From contig CAXXMR010000008.1 of the NCBI GenBank assembly GCA_963663805.2, forward strand, positions 192,001 through 256,000: a stretch of 64,000 bases of DNA, given 5' to 3'. Source of the DNA: Sedimentisphaerales bacterium (GTDB lineage Bacteria > Planctomycetota > Phycisphaerae > Sedimentisphaerales > SM23-30). This document shows positions 23,346-33,586 of this stretch, piece after piece. A model generated the notes under the pieces. That model saw only the letters and a program-made list of their open reading frames with translations. It did not search any database and was not told where the DNA came from. The position numbers and the translations under genes are program-made. Positions within the stretch are counted from its first letter, which is position 1. The number at the start of each line of letters is the position of its first letter.

Positions 23346-24464
23346 ATGACTACCCAAATGACCTCCCGCCAAAGAGTTAAAGCCGCCCTGAACTACCAGC
23401 CACCCGACCGGATCCCCTGTAATGAAAGCCCCTGGCCCGACACTCTTCAGCTCTGGCGCAACCAGGGCATGCCCGCCGACATCTCACTCGCCGACTATTT
23501 TGATTTCGACATCTGCACCATGGCCCTGGACTGCTCACCCCGATACGAACAGAAAATAATTTCCCAGGACTCCCAATGGATAACCTACCAGGACCGCTGG
23601 GGATATTCCGCCACCAAGCAGTTCGGCAAAGCCTCAACCATCCACTTCTTCGACCAAAAAACCCCCGACAAAACCGCCTGGCAAAACAGCAAACACCGCT
23701 GGCAGCTTTCAACCGACCCCAACGAATCCGCCCGCATCGACTCCGCCTCCTACTTCGGCCATTTCGACCCTTACCCAACCTGGCCCCAAGCGAAAAATAT
23801 ATATAACGACATCTACGCCCAAAACCGCTATATGCTATTCGAAGTCTACGGCCCCTGGGAAGCAACCTGGCGCCACCACGGCTACGAAAACCAGCTCATG
23901 ACCATCGCCCTCGACCCCGACTGGCTCAAGGAAATGGCCCAGGCCCACATCGACCTCATCATCGCCGTAATGAAAAAATGCCTCGAACTAAACATCAAAC
24001 CCGACGGCCTGTTAATCGCTGAGGACCTCGCCGCAACCCGCGGCCTGCTCTTCTCACCAGAGTCCTGGCGACAAATCTTCAAAACCATGATAAACCAGCT
24101 CGGCCAATTCCTTAAACAGAACCAGATTGATTTCTGGATGCACTGCTGCGGCAACGCAGAGGCACTTTTCGAAGACCTCATCGATTGCGGCCTGCAAGTA
24201 ATGAACCCCCTCCAGGCCAACACAGGCCTCAACGTCGCCGAGCTAACCCAAAAATACAAAAACCGACTCGCGTTCTACGGCAACATCTCCGCCCCCAAAA
24301 TGTCAGGACCAATCGAAGAGCTCGAACAGGAAATTAAATCAAAAGTACAAAACGCCCGAAACGGAGGATACATCTTCCACTCCGACCATTCCGTCCCCCC
24401 CCAGGTAGACTTCCAGAGATACCAGTGGATAATCAAAAAAGTTCGCCAATACGCCGACAAATAA
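23346..24464 (+). CDS. Uroporphyrinogen decarboxylase superfamily (MtaA/CmuA-like) protein
   Basis: MTSRQRV...PDRIP, EDLA...LLFSP, HCCG, NPLQ, GGYIFHSDHSVP. Confidence 0.85.
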   Translation: MTTQMTSRQRVKAALNYQPPDRIPCNESPWPDTLQLWRNQGMPADISLADYFDFDICTMALDCSPRYEQKIISQDSQWITYQDRWGYSATKQFGKASTIHFFDQKTPDKTAWQNSKHRWQLSTDPNESARIDSASYFGHFDPYPTWPQAKNIYNDIYAQNRYMLFEVYGPWEATWRHHGYENQLMTIALDPDWLKEMAQAHIDLIIAVMKKCLELNIKPDGLLIAEDLAATRGLLFSPESWRQIFKTMINQLGQFLKQNQIDFWMHCCGNAEALFEDLIDCGLQVMNPLQANTGLNVAELTQKYKNRLAFYGNISAPKMSGPIEELEQEIKSKVQNARNGGYIFHSDHSVPPQVDFQRYQWIIKKVRQYADK

Positions 24465-24530
24465 ACTCCAACTTAAGACCCAAATTCCCCCAAAAAACGC
24501 CAAAAAAACAAGAAAACAAGGTTTTTTTGC

Positions 24531-24589
24531 CCAAAAATCGTCAAAAACCGGTCATCTCAGGCCAAACCGCGCCGATTTTTCACCGCGAC
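24531..24589 (+). repeat. Dispersed ~60-bp repeat, copy 1
   Basis: CCAAAAATCGTCAAAAACCGGTCATCTCAGGCCAAACCGCGCCGATTTTT...CGCGAC resembles the reverse complement of 30941-31010. Confidence 0.7.
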
Positions 24590-24591
24590 GC

Positions 24592-25014
24592 TTACTCATG
24601 CCCCCCGCATAAAAAATCTGGTAGCCCCTTCAGTTTCCCCGTCTCATCCACATGCACCAGCACCGTCTTACCCTCCGCCACAACCTGTTTGCTGTCCTTA
24701 CTCCTCAATATGTACGTATGCTCCAGCCGGACCCGGTCGGCCCGGCTTTCTTCGGTAGTGAGCAGCAATTCTTCGTCATAACGGGCTGGCCGACGATAGC
24801 GAACCTCCAGCTTCGCCACCACCAGAATAAAGCCATTTTCCTCTAATGTCTTGTAATCATAGCCATTTACACGCAACAGCTCCGTACGGCCCATCTCAAA
24901 ATAGACCGCATAACGGCTATGATGCACCGCACCCTGTTGGTCAACCTCGCAGTAACGAACCCTGACAGGTATTTCACAACTCTTTATAGAACAGTGATTT
25001 GTATTGACGGACAT
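24592..25014 (-). CDS. Acyl-CoA thioesterase, YbgC/FadM (4HBT) family
   Basis: VRVRYCEVDQQGAVHHSRYAVYFEMGR; YRRPARYDE. Confidence 0.92.
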   Translation of the reverse strand: MSVNTNHCSIKSCEIPVRVRYCEVDQQGAVHHSRYAVYFEMGRTELLRVNGYDYKTLEENGFILVVAKLEVRYRRPARYDEELLLTTEESRADRVRLEHTYILRSKDSKQVVAEGKTVLVHVDETGKLKGLPDFLCGGHE

Positions 25015-25260
25015 CGATAATACCTCTCGATTTTATTCGTGTAATCCCAAAAAACTTTCCCATTTTTAACACTGATAAGACCGTTTAACCAGAATCTTTT
25101 GCGCAAAATCACTTAAAACACCATTTTCGGCACATTTTTCAGGGATGAAGGCTTTTTTTGCTTGAATTATAAAAATTTGCCCCTAAACTAAAAACTCTTT
25201 ATAGGTTAAGCCGATAGTAACATGGAGTATGTTTTTTTTAGATTGGAGTTGAGTGCTATT

Positions 25261-25455
25261 ATGATAAAGATTAAAGCCCGTGGTGGCGAATCTATCCAGC
25301 AGATGATGAAACGCTTTAAGAAGCTTTGCGAGAAAGAAGGTCTCATCAAAGACATCAAGAAACAGAGTTATTACGAGAAGCCTTCTGAAAAGCGTCGTCG
25401 TACCATGGCCAAGGCCCGTATCAATGCGGCCAGGGCCCTGCGCGAAAACTCCTAA
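25261..25455 (+). CDS. rpsU: 30S ribosomal protein S21
   Basis: ESIQQMMKRFKK...YYEKPSEKRRR; SD GGAG upstream. Confidence 0.93.
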   Translation: MIKIKARGGESIQQMMKRFKKLCEKEGLIKDIKKQSYYEKPSEKRRRTMAKARINAARALRENS

Positions 25456-25478
25456 GTAGTCATATAAAATATAGTTAC

Positions 25479-25604
25479 ACCTGATTCCCGGAGTGCGAAG
25501 GAGCTCGCCCGGACTCAGGTTCGGCAATACAAGGCGTTGATTGTGCGCCTTGGGGGCCACATCAGGCCCAGTGCATGGAGGCCGGGGCGGGGGAGAAAGC
25601 CTGG
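25479..25604. ncRNA. Candidate structured RNA between rpsU and hppA
   Basis: GC-rich intergenic block with stems ACCTGA/TCAGGT, CAAGGCG/CGCCTTG, GGGCC/GGCCC; no family recognised. Confidence 0.3.
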
Positions 25605-25716
25605 TCGTATCTTTTCAAACGATAATTGTAGTAACCGTTTATACGGACAGTGTTTAGCTAGGATTTCGGTAATGTAACCAAATCCGAGTAACTACTCACC
25701 GCGAAAGGAGACAGTC

Positions 25717-28299
25717 GTGAGCAGAACAAAAAAATATGGTAAATGGTCCCTGTTATTAGTGCTGATAACGGCATGTATAGCAATGACCGCAGGCGTAGCG
25801 TCAGCCCAGGAAGCTGAAATGGCCCACGAGGGAGCCGCGGGACACAGTCTCAGCGACATCCCCACAATCTGGCTGATTGCCCCGATTATGGCCTTCATTG
25901 CCCTGTTCATGGCCTGGAAGTTCTATCTGGAAGTCAAGGCCGCCAATCCCGGCGATGCGAAAATGCAGGAAATCGCTCAGCACGTCACCGACGGGGCCAT
26001 GGCCTACCTCAAACGGCAGTACAAAGTTGTTACGGTATTCTTTATCGCCGTTAGTGCTATACTTTTCCTGATGGGCTGGGTTTGGCATGTCCAGCACAAG
26101 ATTGTGTTCATCGCCTTCCTCACCGGCGGATTCTTCAGTGGTCTCTGCGGCTGGTTCGGCATGAAAACCGCTACGCTGGCCAGTAACCGGACCACTCAGG
26201 GCGCCAAAGAAAGCCTCAATCGCGGTCTTCAGGTCGCCTTCCGTGCTGGTGCCGTTATGGGCCTGGTGGTCGTAGGTTTCGGCCTGCTCGACATTTGCGG
26301 CTGGTTCGTCGGCCTAACCTATTTCTCGGACATGAGCCTCGTGGAAATCACCGTGGTTATGCTTACCTTTGGTATGGGTGCCAGTTCTCAGGCTCTTTTT
26401 GCCCGTGTTGGCGGTGGTATTTACACCAAAGCCGCTGACGTTGGTGCCGACCTGGTCGGTAAAGTCGAAGCCGGTATCCCCGAAGATGACCCACGTAACC
26501 CCGCTACCATTGCTGATAACGTCGGTGACAACGTCGGTGACGTTGCCGGCATGGGTGCCGACCTTTATGAAAGTTACTGCGGTTCAATCCTAGCTACCGC
26601 TGCCCTGGGTGTTTCCGCCGCGGTATCCCTGGGACTGAACATCGCGGACACCATGAAAATGCTCGCCGCCCCGATGGTCCTTGCTGGTGTCGGTATCCTC
26701 ATGAGCATCATTGGTATTTACATGGTAAAGACCAAAGATGACGCATCCATGAAGGAACTAATGGCCGCACTTATGCGGGGCCTGGTGGGTTCCAGCTTCC
26801 TTATCCTCGCCGCCGCCGGAGTAGTAATGTGGTACATGCTCGGCGGAATCCCCGGCGTAAGCTGGCTGGGTATTTTTGGCGCTATCATTGTAGGTATGCT
26901 TGCTGGCTTGGTCATTGGTAAAGCTACCGAAGTCTATACCAGTTACGATTACAAACCTACTCAGGATGTTGCCGCTAATGGCGAAACTGGGGCCGCGACC
27001 GTCATTATTGCCGGTATCGCCGAAGGTATGAAATCAACCTGGATGTCACTGGCAACGGTTATTGTTGCTATTATTCTGGCCTACAGCTTCTCCGGCGGTG
27101 GTGAAAGCACCCTGCTCGGTCTTTATGGCGTAGGTATCGCCGCGGTTTCCATGCTGGCTACGCTGGGTATTTCGCTGGCAACTGACGCTTATGGTCCTAT
27201 CGCCGACAATGCCGGCGGTAATGCGGAAATGACCCATCAGGACCCCTCCGTCCGCAAAAAAACCGACGCCCTCGACTCTCTCGGCAACACTACCGCCGCT
27301 ATGGGTAAGGGTTTCGCCATTGGCTCTGCCGCTCTGACAGCCCTGGCTCTGTTGGCGGCCTATGTCGAAGAAGTTCGTATAGGTTTTGTTCGTGAAGCCG
27401 GAGTCGAAGCCATCACCATGGAAATGACCGAAGGTCAGGTCGCACATATTCGCAGCGGTAAGTTCTGTGCCATCCTCGACGGCAAAACGCTGGGGCTGAT
27501 GAGTCTGACCAATCAGCATAATATTGGTCTGACCGGCAACTATAGCGGTATCATTCCTGGTGCCACTTTGGTCGAGAATCCTGACGACCCCGACCATTTT
27601 GCTTTGAATCTTCCCGCCGCCGATGTAGATGGCGAATCGGTTGACCCCAAGGCTTTCACTGTGGTTAGTGTCGAAAAAGCCTCGCTCCGTGAGTTCATGG
27701 ACTATTACGGTGTCAACCTCATGAACCCCAAAGTACTTTGCGGTATCTTCGCCGGTGTATTGCTGGTGTTCCTGTTCAGTGCTTTGACGATGAAGGCTGT
27801 CGGTCGGGCCGCCATGGCGATGGTCATGGAAGTACGTCGTCAGTTCAAGGAAATTCCCGGCATTCTCGAAGGTACAGGCACCCCTGAATATGCCAAGTGT
27901 GTAGCTATCTCCACCGCCGGCGCTCAGAAGGAAATGGTTCTGCCTTCACTGCTGGCTTTGGCGGTTCCGATCGGTGTTGGCCTGCTGCTTGACGTAGCCG
28001 GTGTACTCGGTCTGCTGGCAGGTGGTTTAGCCTGTGGTTTCGCCATGGCTATCTTTATGGCAAACGCTGGCGGTGCCTGGGACAATGCCAAGAAGTACGT
28101 CGAAACCGGCAAGTACGGCGGTAAGGGCTCCGATGCCCACAAAGCTACTGTTGTCGGCGATACCGTGGGCGACCCGTTCAAAGACACTTCCGGCCCCAGC
28201 TTGAACATTCTCATCAAGCTGATGAGTATGGTTTCGGTTGTGTTCGCCGGCCTGATCGTCAAGTTCGCTCCGATTATCGCTGACAAACTGGGCATCTAA
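25717..28299 (+). CDS. hppA: Membrane pyrophosphatase, K+-dependent, probably Na+-translocating
   Basis: [42 protein letters not shown] (Ala = K+-dependent), [14 protein letters not shown]. Confidence 0.95.
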   Translation: MSRTKKYGKWSLLLVLITACIAMTAGVASAQEAEMAHEGAAGHSLSDIPTIWLIAPIMAFIALFMAWKFYLEVKAANPGDAKMQEIAQHVTDGAMAYLKRQYKVVTVFFIAVSAILFLMGWVWHVQHKIVFIAFLTGGFFSGLCGWFGMKTATLASNRTTQGAKESLNRGLQVAFRAGAVMGLVVVGFGLLDICGWFVGLTYFSDMSLVEITVVMLTFGMGASSQALFARVGGGIYTKAADVGADLVGKVEAGIPEDDPRNPATIADNVGDNVGDVAGMGADLYESYCGSILATAALGVSAAVSLGLNIADTMKMLAAPMVLAGVGILMSIIGIYMVKTKDDASMKELMAALMRGLVGSSFLILAAAGVVMWYMLGGIPGVSWLGIFGAIIVGMLAGLVIGKATEVYTSYDYKPTQDVAANGETGAATVIIAGIAEGMKSTWMSLATVIVAIILAYSFSGGGESTLLGLYGVGIAAVSMLATLGISLATDAYGPIADNAGGNAEMTHQDPSVRKKTDALDSLGNTTAAMGKGFAIGSAALTALALLAAYVEEVRIGFVREAGVEAITMEMTEGQVAHIRSGKFCAILDGKTLGLMSLTNQHNIGLTGNYSGIIPGATLVENPDDPDHFALNLPAADVDGESVDPKAFTVVSVEKASLREFMDYYGVNLMNPKVLCGIFAGVLLVFLFSALTMKAVGRAAMAMVMEVRRQFKEIPGILEGTGTPEYAKCVAISTAGAQKEMVLPSLLALAVPIGVGLLLDVAGVLGLLAGGLACGFAMAIFMANAGGAWDNAKKYVETGKYGGKGSDAHKATVVGDTVGDPFKDTSGPSLNILIKLMSMVSVVFAGLIVKFAPIIADKLGI

Positions 28300-28347
28300 A
28301 ACCGCCCATATCCCGATAACCTTTCGGGAAGATTATTTTATAAATAT

Positions 28348-28386
28348 CCGGTCGGTGTTATTAATTTAGCACCGACCGGTTTTTTG
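28348..28386 (+). terminator. Rho-independent terminator of hppA
   Basis: CCGGTCGGTG/CACCGACCGG stem followed by T-run. Confidence 0.85.
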
Positions 28387-28500
28387 TATAAACATAATTT
28401 GAGTAGGATTATGAATGGTTACCATATTTTTATAACTGGGTATCCGTCCAATTTGGAATCCAATTCCATATTAGACGCACATTCATTGATTTTCAGGCCC

Positions 28501-29529
28501 TTAATTGCGATAGTTCGTTAAAACGCTGTTGGCAATATCTTCACTGATAATCCCTTGCTTGAGCAGGCCGGTAATGGAGTCATTCATGGTCACCATGTTA
28601 TAGCGGGTGCCGGAGGCGATTACGTTGCGCAGCAGGAACGCACCGCGTCGGCGGATGATATTTTTCGCTGCGTCGGTGACAACCATAACTTCCGATGCCA
28701 CTCTTTTGCCGCCGTTGGTAGTGGAGAGCAGTTCCTGATGAATAACCGCGCGCAAACAGTCTGCCAGCAGAAAACGCATGTGGGTTTCTTCTTCCGGCGG
28801 AGCATAACTCAATAGCCGCTCGATTATTTTATCAATCGAGATAATATGCAGGGTGGAGAGCACCAGGCAGCCGGTCTCGGCGGCGTTCAAGGCGATTTTA
28901 ATCGTTTCATAGTCACGCATCTCACCGATAGCGATGACGTCGGGATCCTGCCGAAGGGCCGCGCGCAGGCCGGTGCCGAAGGTGCTGGTGTCCCGACCGA
29001 TTTCACGCTGACGCACGATACCTTTTTTGTTGGTATGTAGATATTCAATCGGGTCTTCGATGGTTACAATGTGTTTTTGGTAGTGGCTGTTGATATGATC
29101 GAGCATGGCAGCCATGGTAGTGGTTTTACCCTGGCTGGTACTGCCGGTAATCAGAATAAGCCCCTTGGTGAGATTGGCACACTGAGCGACTACCATTGGC
29201 AATTGCAGTTCGGTAATTGTAAGCGGCCTTTCCGGCAGCAAACGAATTACCGCACCGACAGTGCCGTTAAACTTAGCTATATTAATACGATAGCGACCGT
29301 TCGCGTCAGCCTTCATGATGTCCATATCGAGCTTTTCGTCGAAGGCGAGCTTCTGGTCTTCGTCCAGCAAAGAAAACGCCAGAGAGCGGGCCTGCTCAGC
29401 GTTGATAGGTTCGCGGGTGACGGGTTTCAGTTCCCGACCGACCCGGAACAATACCGGCGAGTCCGCGGCGATGTGAATGTCAGCAGCGCCCTGGGCGTGG
29501 GCGTGATTGAGTAGTTCTTCTATGGTCAC
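28501..29529 (-). CDS. pilT: PilT/PilU family type IV pilus ATPase
   Basis: GSTSQGKTTT Walker A variant, TIEDPIEY, QREIG, LRQDPDVIAIGEMRD, STLH. Confidence 0.9.
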   Translation of the reverse strand: MTIEELLNHAHAQGAADIHIAADSPVLFRVGRELKPVTREPINAEQARSLAFSLLDEDQKLAFDEKLDMDIMKADANGRYRINIAKFNGTVGAVIRLLPERPLTITELQLPMVVAQCANLTKGLILITGSTSQGKTTTMAAMLDHINSHYQKHIVTIEDPIEYLHTNKKGIVRQREIGRDTSTFGTGLRAALRQDPDVIAIGEMRDYETIKIALNAAETGCLVLSTLHIISIDKIIERLLSYAPPEEETHMRFLLADCLRAVIHQELLSTTNGGKRVASEVMVVTDAAKNIIRRRGAFLLRNVIASGTRYNMVTMNDSITGLLKQGIISEDIANSVLTNYRN

Positions 29530-29599
29530 GGCAAAGCTCCCAAGTATTTTGGTGTCAATAGGTTACGCCCAAGTTTTTTAAAAAAAGAGGTTTCCCCCC

Positions 29600-30826
29600 T
29601 TATAATTTACTGATGCGGTCGAGGGCGGTTTTTACGTTTTCGGGATGAGCGAAAGCACTTAAACGAAGAAAGCCTTCGCCAGAAGCGCCAAAACCCGCGC
29701 CTGGGGTGCCGACGACATGGGCGTTATTGAGCAGTTTATCGAAGAATTCCCAGCTTCCCATATTGTTTTTGGTCTGGACCCAGACATAAGGGGCGTTGGT
29801 GCCGCCATAGATGGTATAGTCTAATTCGTTCATTCTTTGGCGTATAAGGGCGGCGTTGCCCATGTAGGTTTTGATAAGGCCCTGGACCTGCTGCTTGCCC
29901 TGGGGGGTGTAGACGGCGGCTGCGGCCTTCTGGACGGGGTATGATACGCCGTTGAACTTGGTGTTGTGGCGACGAGTCCAGATGGGGTTGACTTTTACGG
30001 GTTCGCCAGCGGCGGTGTATGCGTTTAAGTCCTTTGGTACCACAGTATAAGCACAGCGGGTACCAGTAAATCCGGCGGTCTTGGAGAAGCTGCGGAACTC
30101 GATGGCAACCTCGCGGGCACCGGGGATTTCAAAGATCGAATGAGGAATTTCGGGGTCGGTGATGAAGGCTTCGTAGGCGGCGTCGAAGAGGATGAGGGCT
30201 TTATTTTCGCGGGCGAAGTTTACCCACTGAGTTAAGGCTTCTTTGGTGGCGACGGCGCCGGTGGGGTTGTTGGGGTAGCAGAGGTAGATGATGTCGACTT
30301 TTTGGCTGGGCAGTTCGGGGGTAAAGTCGTTTTCGGGTATGCAGGGCATATATACGATACCGGCGTAACGGCCCTTATTGTCGCTGTTTCCGGTGCGTCC
30401 GGCCATGACGTTGGTGTCAACGTAAACTGGGTAAACCGGGTCGGTTACAGCAATTACGTTATCGATACCGAAGATTTCCTGGATGTTGCCGGTGTCGCAT
30501 TTGGAGCCGTCGGAGATGAAAATTTCGTTGGGTGCGAGTTCGATGCCTCGAGGGTTGAAGTCATTTTCGATGATAGCCTGGGCGAGAAAAGCGTAACCCC
30601 TTTCAGGGCCGTAACCTCTGAAGGTTTGGGGTTGGGCCATTTCGTCTACTCCCTCGTGGAAGGCCTGGATGATGGCGGGCGGCAGTGGTTCAGTAACGTC
30701 GCCTATACCTAGACTTATGACGTGGGCGCTGGGGTTGGTTTCCTTGAAGGCGTTGACTCGACGAGAGATTTCGGGGAAGAGATAGCCAGCTTTGAGCTTG
30801 AGGTAGTTCTCGTTGATATTAATCAT
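29600..30826 (-). CDS. dapL: LL-diaminopimelate aminotransferase
   Basis: [45 protein letters not shown]. Confidence 0.96.
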   Translation of the reverse strand: MININENYLKLKAGYLFPEISRRVNAFKETNPSAHVISLGIGDVTEPLPPAIIQAFHEGVDEMAQPQTFRGYGPERGYAFLAQAIIENDFNPRGIELAPNEIFISDGSKCDTGNIQEIFGIDNVIAVTDPVYPVYVDTNVMAGRTGNSDNKGRYAGIVYMPCIPENDFTPELPSQKVDIIYLCYPNNPTGAVATKEALTQWVNFARENKALILFDAAYEAFITDPEIPHSIFEIPGAREVAIEFRSFSKTAGFTGTRCAYTVVPKDLNAYTAAGEPVKVNPIWTRRHNTKFNGVSYPVQKAAAAVYTPQGKQQVQGLIKTYMGNAALIRQRMNELDYTIYGGTNAPYVWVQTKNNMGSWEFFDKLLNNAHVVGTPGAGFGASGEGFLRLSAFAHPENVKTALDRISKL

Positions 30827-30940
30827 GTTAGTCTCGCAAATTCAGATAGTTACGTATTGGGCAGGGCCACTTCGGCCCATAGTTTTCGGGGATAGGATAC
30901 CATTATGTGACAAGTTTGGCAAGGTATCTGCCCTGGGCAA

Positions 30941-31010
30941 GTCGCGAAAAAGTGGCTAAAAGTCGGCGCGTTTTGGCCTGAGACGACGGTTTTTTGACGG
31001 TTTTTTTTGG
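30941..31010 (-). repeat. Dispersed ~60-bp repeat, copy 2 (inverted relative to 24531-24589)
   Basis: Reverse complement reads CCAAAAAAAACCGTCAAAAAACCGTCGTCTCAGGCCAAAACGCGCCGACTTTT...CGCGAC. Confidence 0.7.
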
Positions 31011-31210
31011 ATTTTTTTGGATTTTGGATGAATTTTTTCAAAAAATACCCAGTTTCTGGTGCTTTTTATGGACAGAATGGACGGAGTGGACAAACTGGAC
31101 TGGTGAGGGTTGGTAAGGTTTTTTGGTTGGCTAACGTGATTGGGTGGAGCTATATTTGTTGGGAGGTTTTTGATGGTGACCGCAGGGTATTTAACAAAAT
31201 AACAGGATGG

Positions 31211-32145
31211 ATGGTTTGTATAATATTTTTGGGGTTCGGTATCGTACTGTTGAATTTTTCCTGTGAACCCAAATGCGAAATATCGAAAAAGATGAGTCTG
31301 GACAATAATATAATTACAGAACAATATGGTATTGTCCGTATCAGCACGGGGCATTTGCGGGCCGAGCCAGGGAATTCGGCTGAGCTGATTGACCAGGCAA
31401 TCATGGGGAATACCTTGCGATTGTTAAAGGAGGATGACGGCTGGTATTTTGTGGAGACTGCTTACGGCTATAGGGGCTGGATGAAAGAATCTTCATTTGT
31501 CAGATGCGATGCCGAAGGGTTGAATGAATGGGAGCGGTCGGAAAAGGTCAGGGTTGTTTCAAATTATGCCGTGGTGTACTCCCGACCCCAAAATGATTCT
31601 TGTCCGGTTACTGATATGACCTTGAATGGGACGCTGAAGGTTCTGGAAGCTGAGGGGGCTTGGCTGAAGGTCGCGACTCCTGATTTGCGGGAAGGATATA
31701 TTGAAAGTGGTTTCGTTTCCGGGCGGGTCGATAGGGGGTTAGCTGGTGAGGCTTTACGACAATCTATTGTCGAAAGAGCGATGAGCATGATGGGAGTACC
31801 GTATTTGTGGGGTGGTAATTCGAGTAAAATGAGTGACTGTTCGGGTTTTGTCCATACGGTTTTCAGGGCCCAGGGGATAATGCTGCCGCGTGACGCGGGC
31901 CAACAAATCGCTGAGGGGGTTGAGGTTGGTTATTCAGCGGACTTTTCGGAATTGAAGGCAGCTGACTTATTGTTTTTCGGGCAGGTAGGGGGGAAATCAC
32001 TCACGTGGGGATAAGTCTGGGCGGGGCGCGATTCATTCACCAAAGCGGTGATGTTCATTTCAATAGCTTTGATTCGGCTGACGCTGATTTCAGTTCTTCC
32101 AGCAGGGCAAGTCTGGTTATGGTGAAAAGAATTATTCAGGAGTAA
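31211..32145 (+). CDS. SH3 + NlpC/P60 peptidase (YkfC-like gamma-D-glutamyl dipeptidyl peptidase), probable lipoprotein; frameshift at G-run near 31990
   Basis: Lipobox NFSC; two SH3b-like regions; PYLWGG, DCSGFV, LPRDA; shifted frame continues ITHVGI...FIHQ. Confidence 0.88.
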
Positions 32146-32153
32146 GGCTGGAA

Positions 32154-33196
32154 TTGATTACTACGCAAAAGATGACACTAAAACTCAAAGATGTATGGAC
32201 GATAGCCAGAGGGTCCAGCCAAACCAAAGAAAATGTTTTGGTCAAAATCGAAAAAGATGGTGAGACGGGTTATGGAGAGGCGGCGCCCAATGTCAGATAT
32301 GGCGAAAACGCGTCGACGACCGAGGCAATGATTCAGCGGGCGGCTGAGGCGATTCGGGGTCGGGATTTATTCGCGTATACGCAAATCAAAGAGGTTCTTG
32401 ACGAAGTGATTGTCGGCCAGAACTGCGCGAAAGCGGCTTTGGATATGGCCGTGATGGACTGGGTGGCGAAATCGTTCCGTCTGCCGCTTTATAAGATGCT
32501 GGGGCTGGACGCGGCGAAGGCGCCGGTGACTTCGTATTCTATCGGGATTGACAAGCCGGAAATTCTAAAACGAAAAATTGATGGCAAGCGGCTGATTATC
32601 CGATTTTTGAAAAATCAAGGTGGGTTGTTCCGGAAGATGAAGAGATAATAAACATGGTGAGGGGGCTTACGGATAAAACGATTCGGGGTGGATGCCAACG
32701 AAGGCTGGACGGATAAAGAGGTGGCGGTCAAGAAGATTGAGTGGATGCAATCCCGCGGGGTTGAATTTATCGAACAGCCGATGCCGGCGGCGATGCTGGC
32801 GGAGACCGCCTGGGTACGATCGCGGGTTGATATTCCGCTGGTGGCGGAATGAATCGGTGATGAATGCCGCGGATGTTCCTTTGCTGGCTGAGGCTTTTGA
32901 CGGCATTAATATAAAGCTGATGAAGTCGGGCGGGGTTCAGGAGGCATTAAAGATGATTCATGTCGGGCGGGCGTTGGGGATGAAGATAATGATTGGCTGT
33001 ATGATAGAAAGTTCGGTGTCGATAATGTGCGGCGGCTCACCTGAGCCCGTTGGCGGACTGGGCTGATTTGGATGGTAATTTGCTGATTGATAATGATTCC
33101 TTTTGCGGCGTGGTGGTTCGCGAAGGGAAATTAATTTTGAATGATGAGGCGGGGGGGATTGGGGTTGCTAATTTAGAGATAAGAGATAAGACGTAA
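32154..33196 (+). CDS. Dipeptide (L-Ala-D/L-Glu) epimerase, enolase superfamily; multiple frameshifts
   Basis: GYGEAAP, TSYSIGID, VDANEGW, IEQP, INIKLMKSGG, GCMIESS, ADLDGNLLI in successive frames. Confidence 0.88.
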
Positions 33197-33252
33197 GAAA
33201 GGGCATGAGGCATTCAGGAAGGCAAAAGGCAAGAAGGCATGAGTCATAAGTG

Positions 33253-33370
33253 AACGGCCAGGTTTCGGCCTTTGGCCGATGGTTTTTAATTTAACAGTGT
33301 GGTTTCGACCTGCGGTCGAGGGTTTGAGCGATTAACGGCGAGGTGCCTGCCTTAGGCAGGGGTTGTTTTT
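33253..33370. repeat. Three tandem REP-like hairpin units
   Basis: AAC-N5-GGT-(6-7 bp hairpin)-GGTT at 33253, 33293 and 33334; a related copy at 62207-62239. Confidence 0.6.
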
Positions 33371-33395
33371 ATGGACAGATTACTAAGAACTGGAG

Positions 33396-33584
33396 TTTTG
33401 CAAAATGACAATTTGGCATACTTATGATCAGAAAAAAAGACGCTACGCTGTTTTTTCTGATTCTACTTTTTTTGTCGTAACTTTTTGTTGCTTAGTAATT
33501 TAATGCAATTTGATTTACTTTTAGATTCGAGGTAAAAATCAAATTGCATTAAATTAGGTTATGCCAAACTGTCATTTTGCAAAA
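33396..33584. mobile_element. MITE-like element with 25-bp terminal inverted repeats
   Basis: TTTTGCAAAATGACAATTTGGCATA versus TATGCCAAACTGTCATTTTGCAAAA (1 mismatch); non-coding interior with two hairpins. Confidence 0.65.
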
Positions 33585-33586
33585 GT

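Noticed and set aside
31075..31095. DnaA box (TTGTCCACT on the minus strand) marking oriC
   Set aside because: It is a single imperfect match outside the skew-switch interval and not part of a cluster.
33253..33584. CRISPR array
   Set aside because: The units are divergent hairpins without identical repeats or unique spacers, and no cas genes are in the window.
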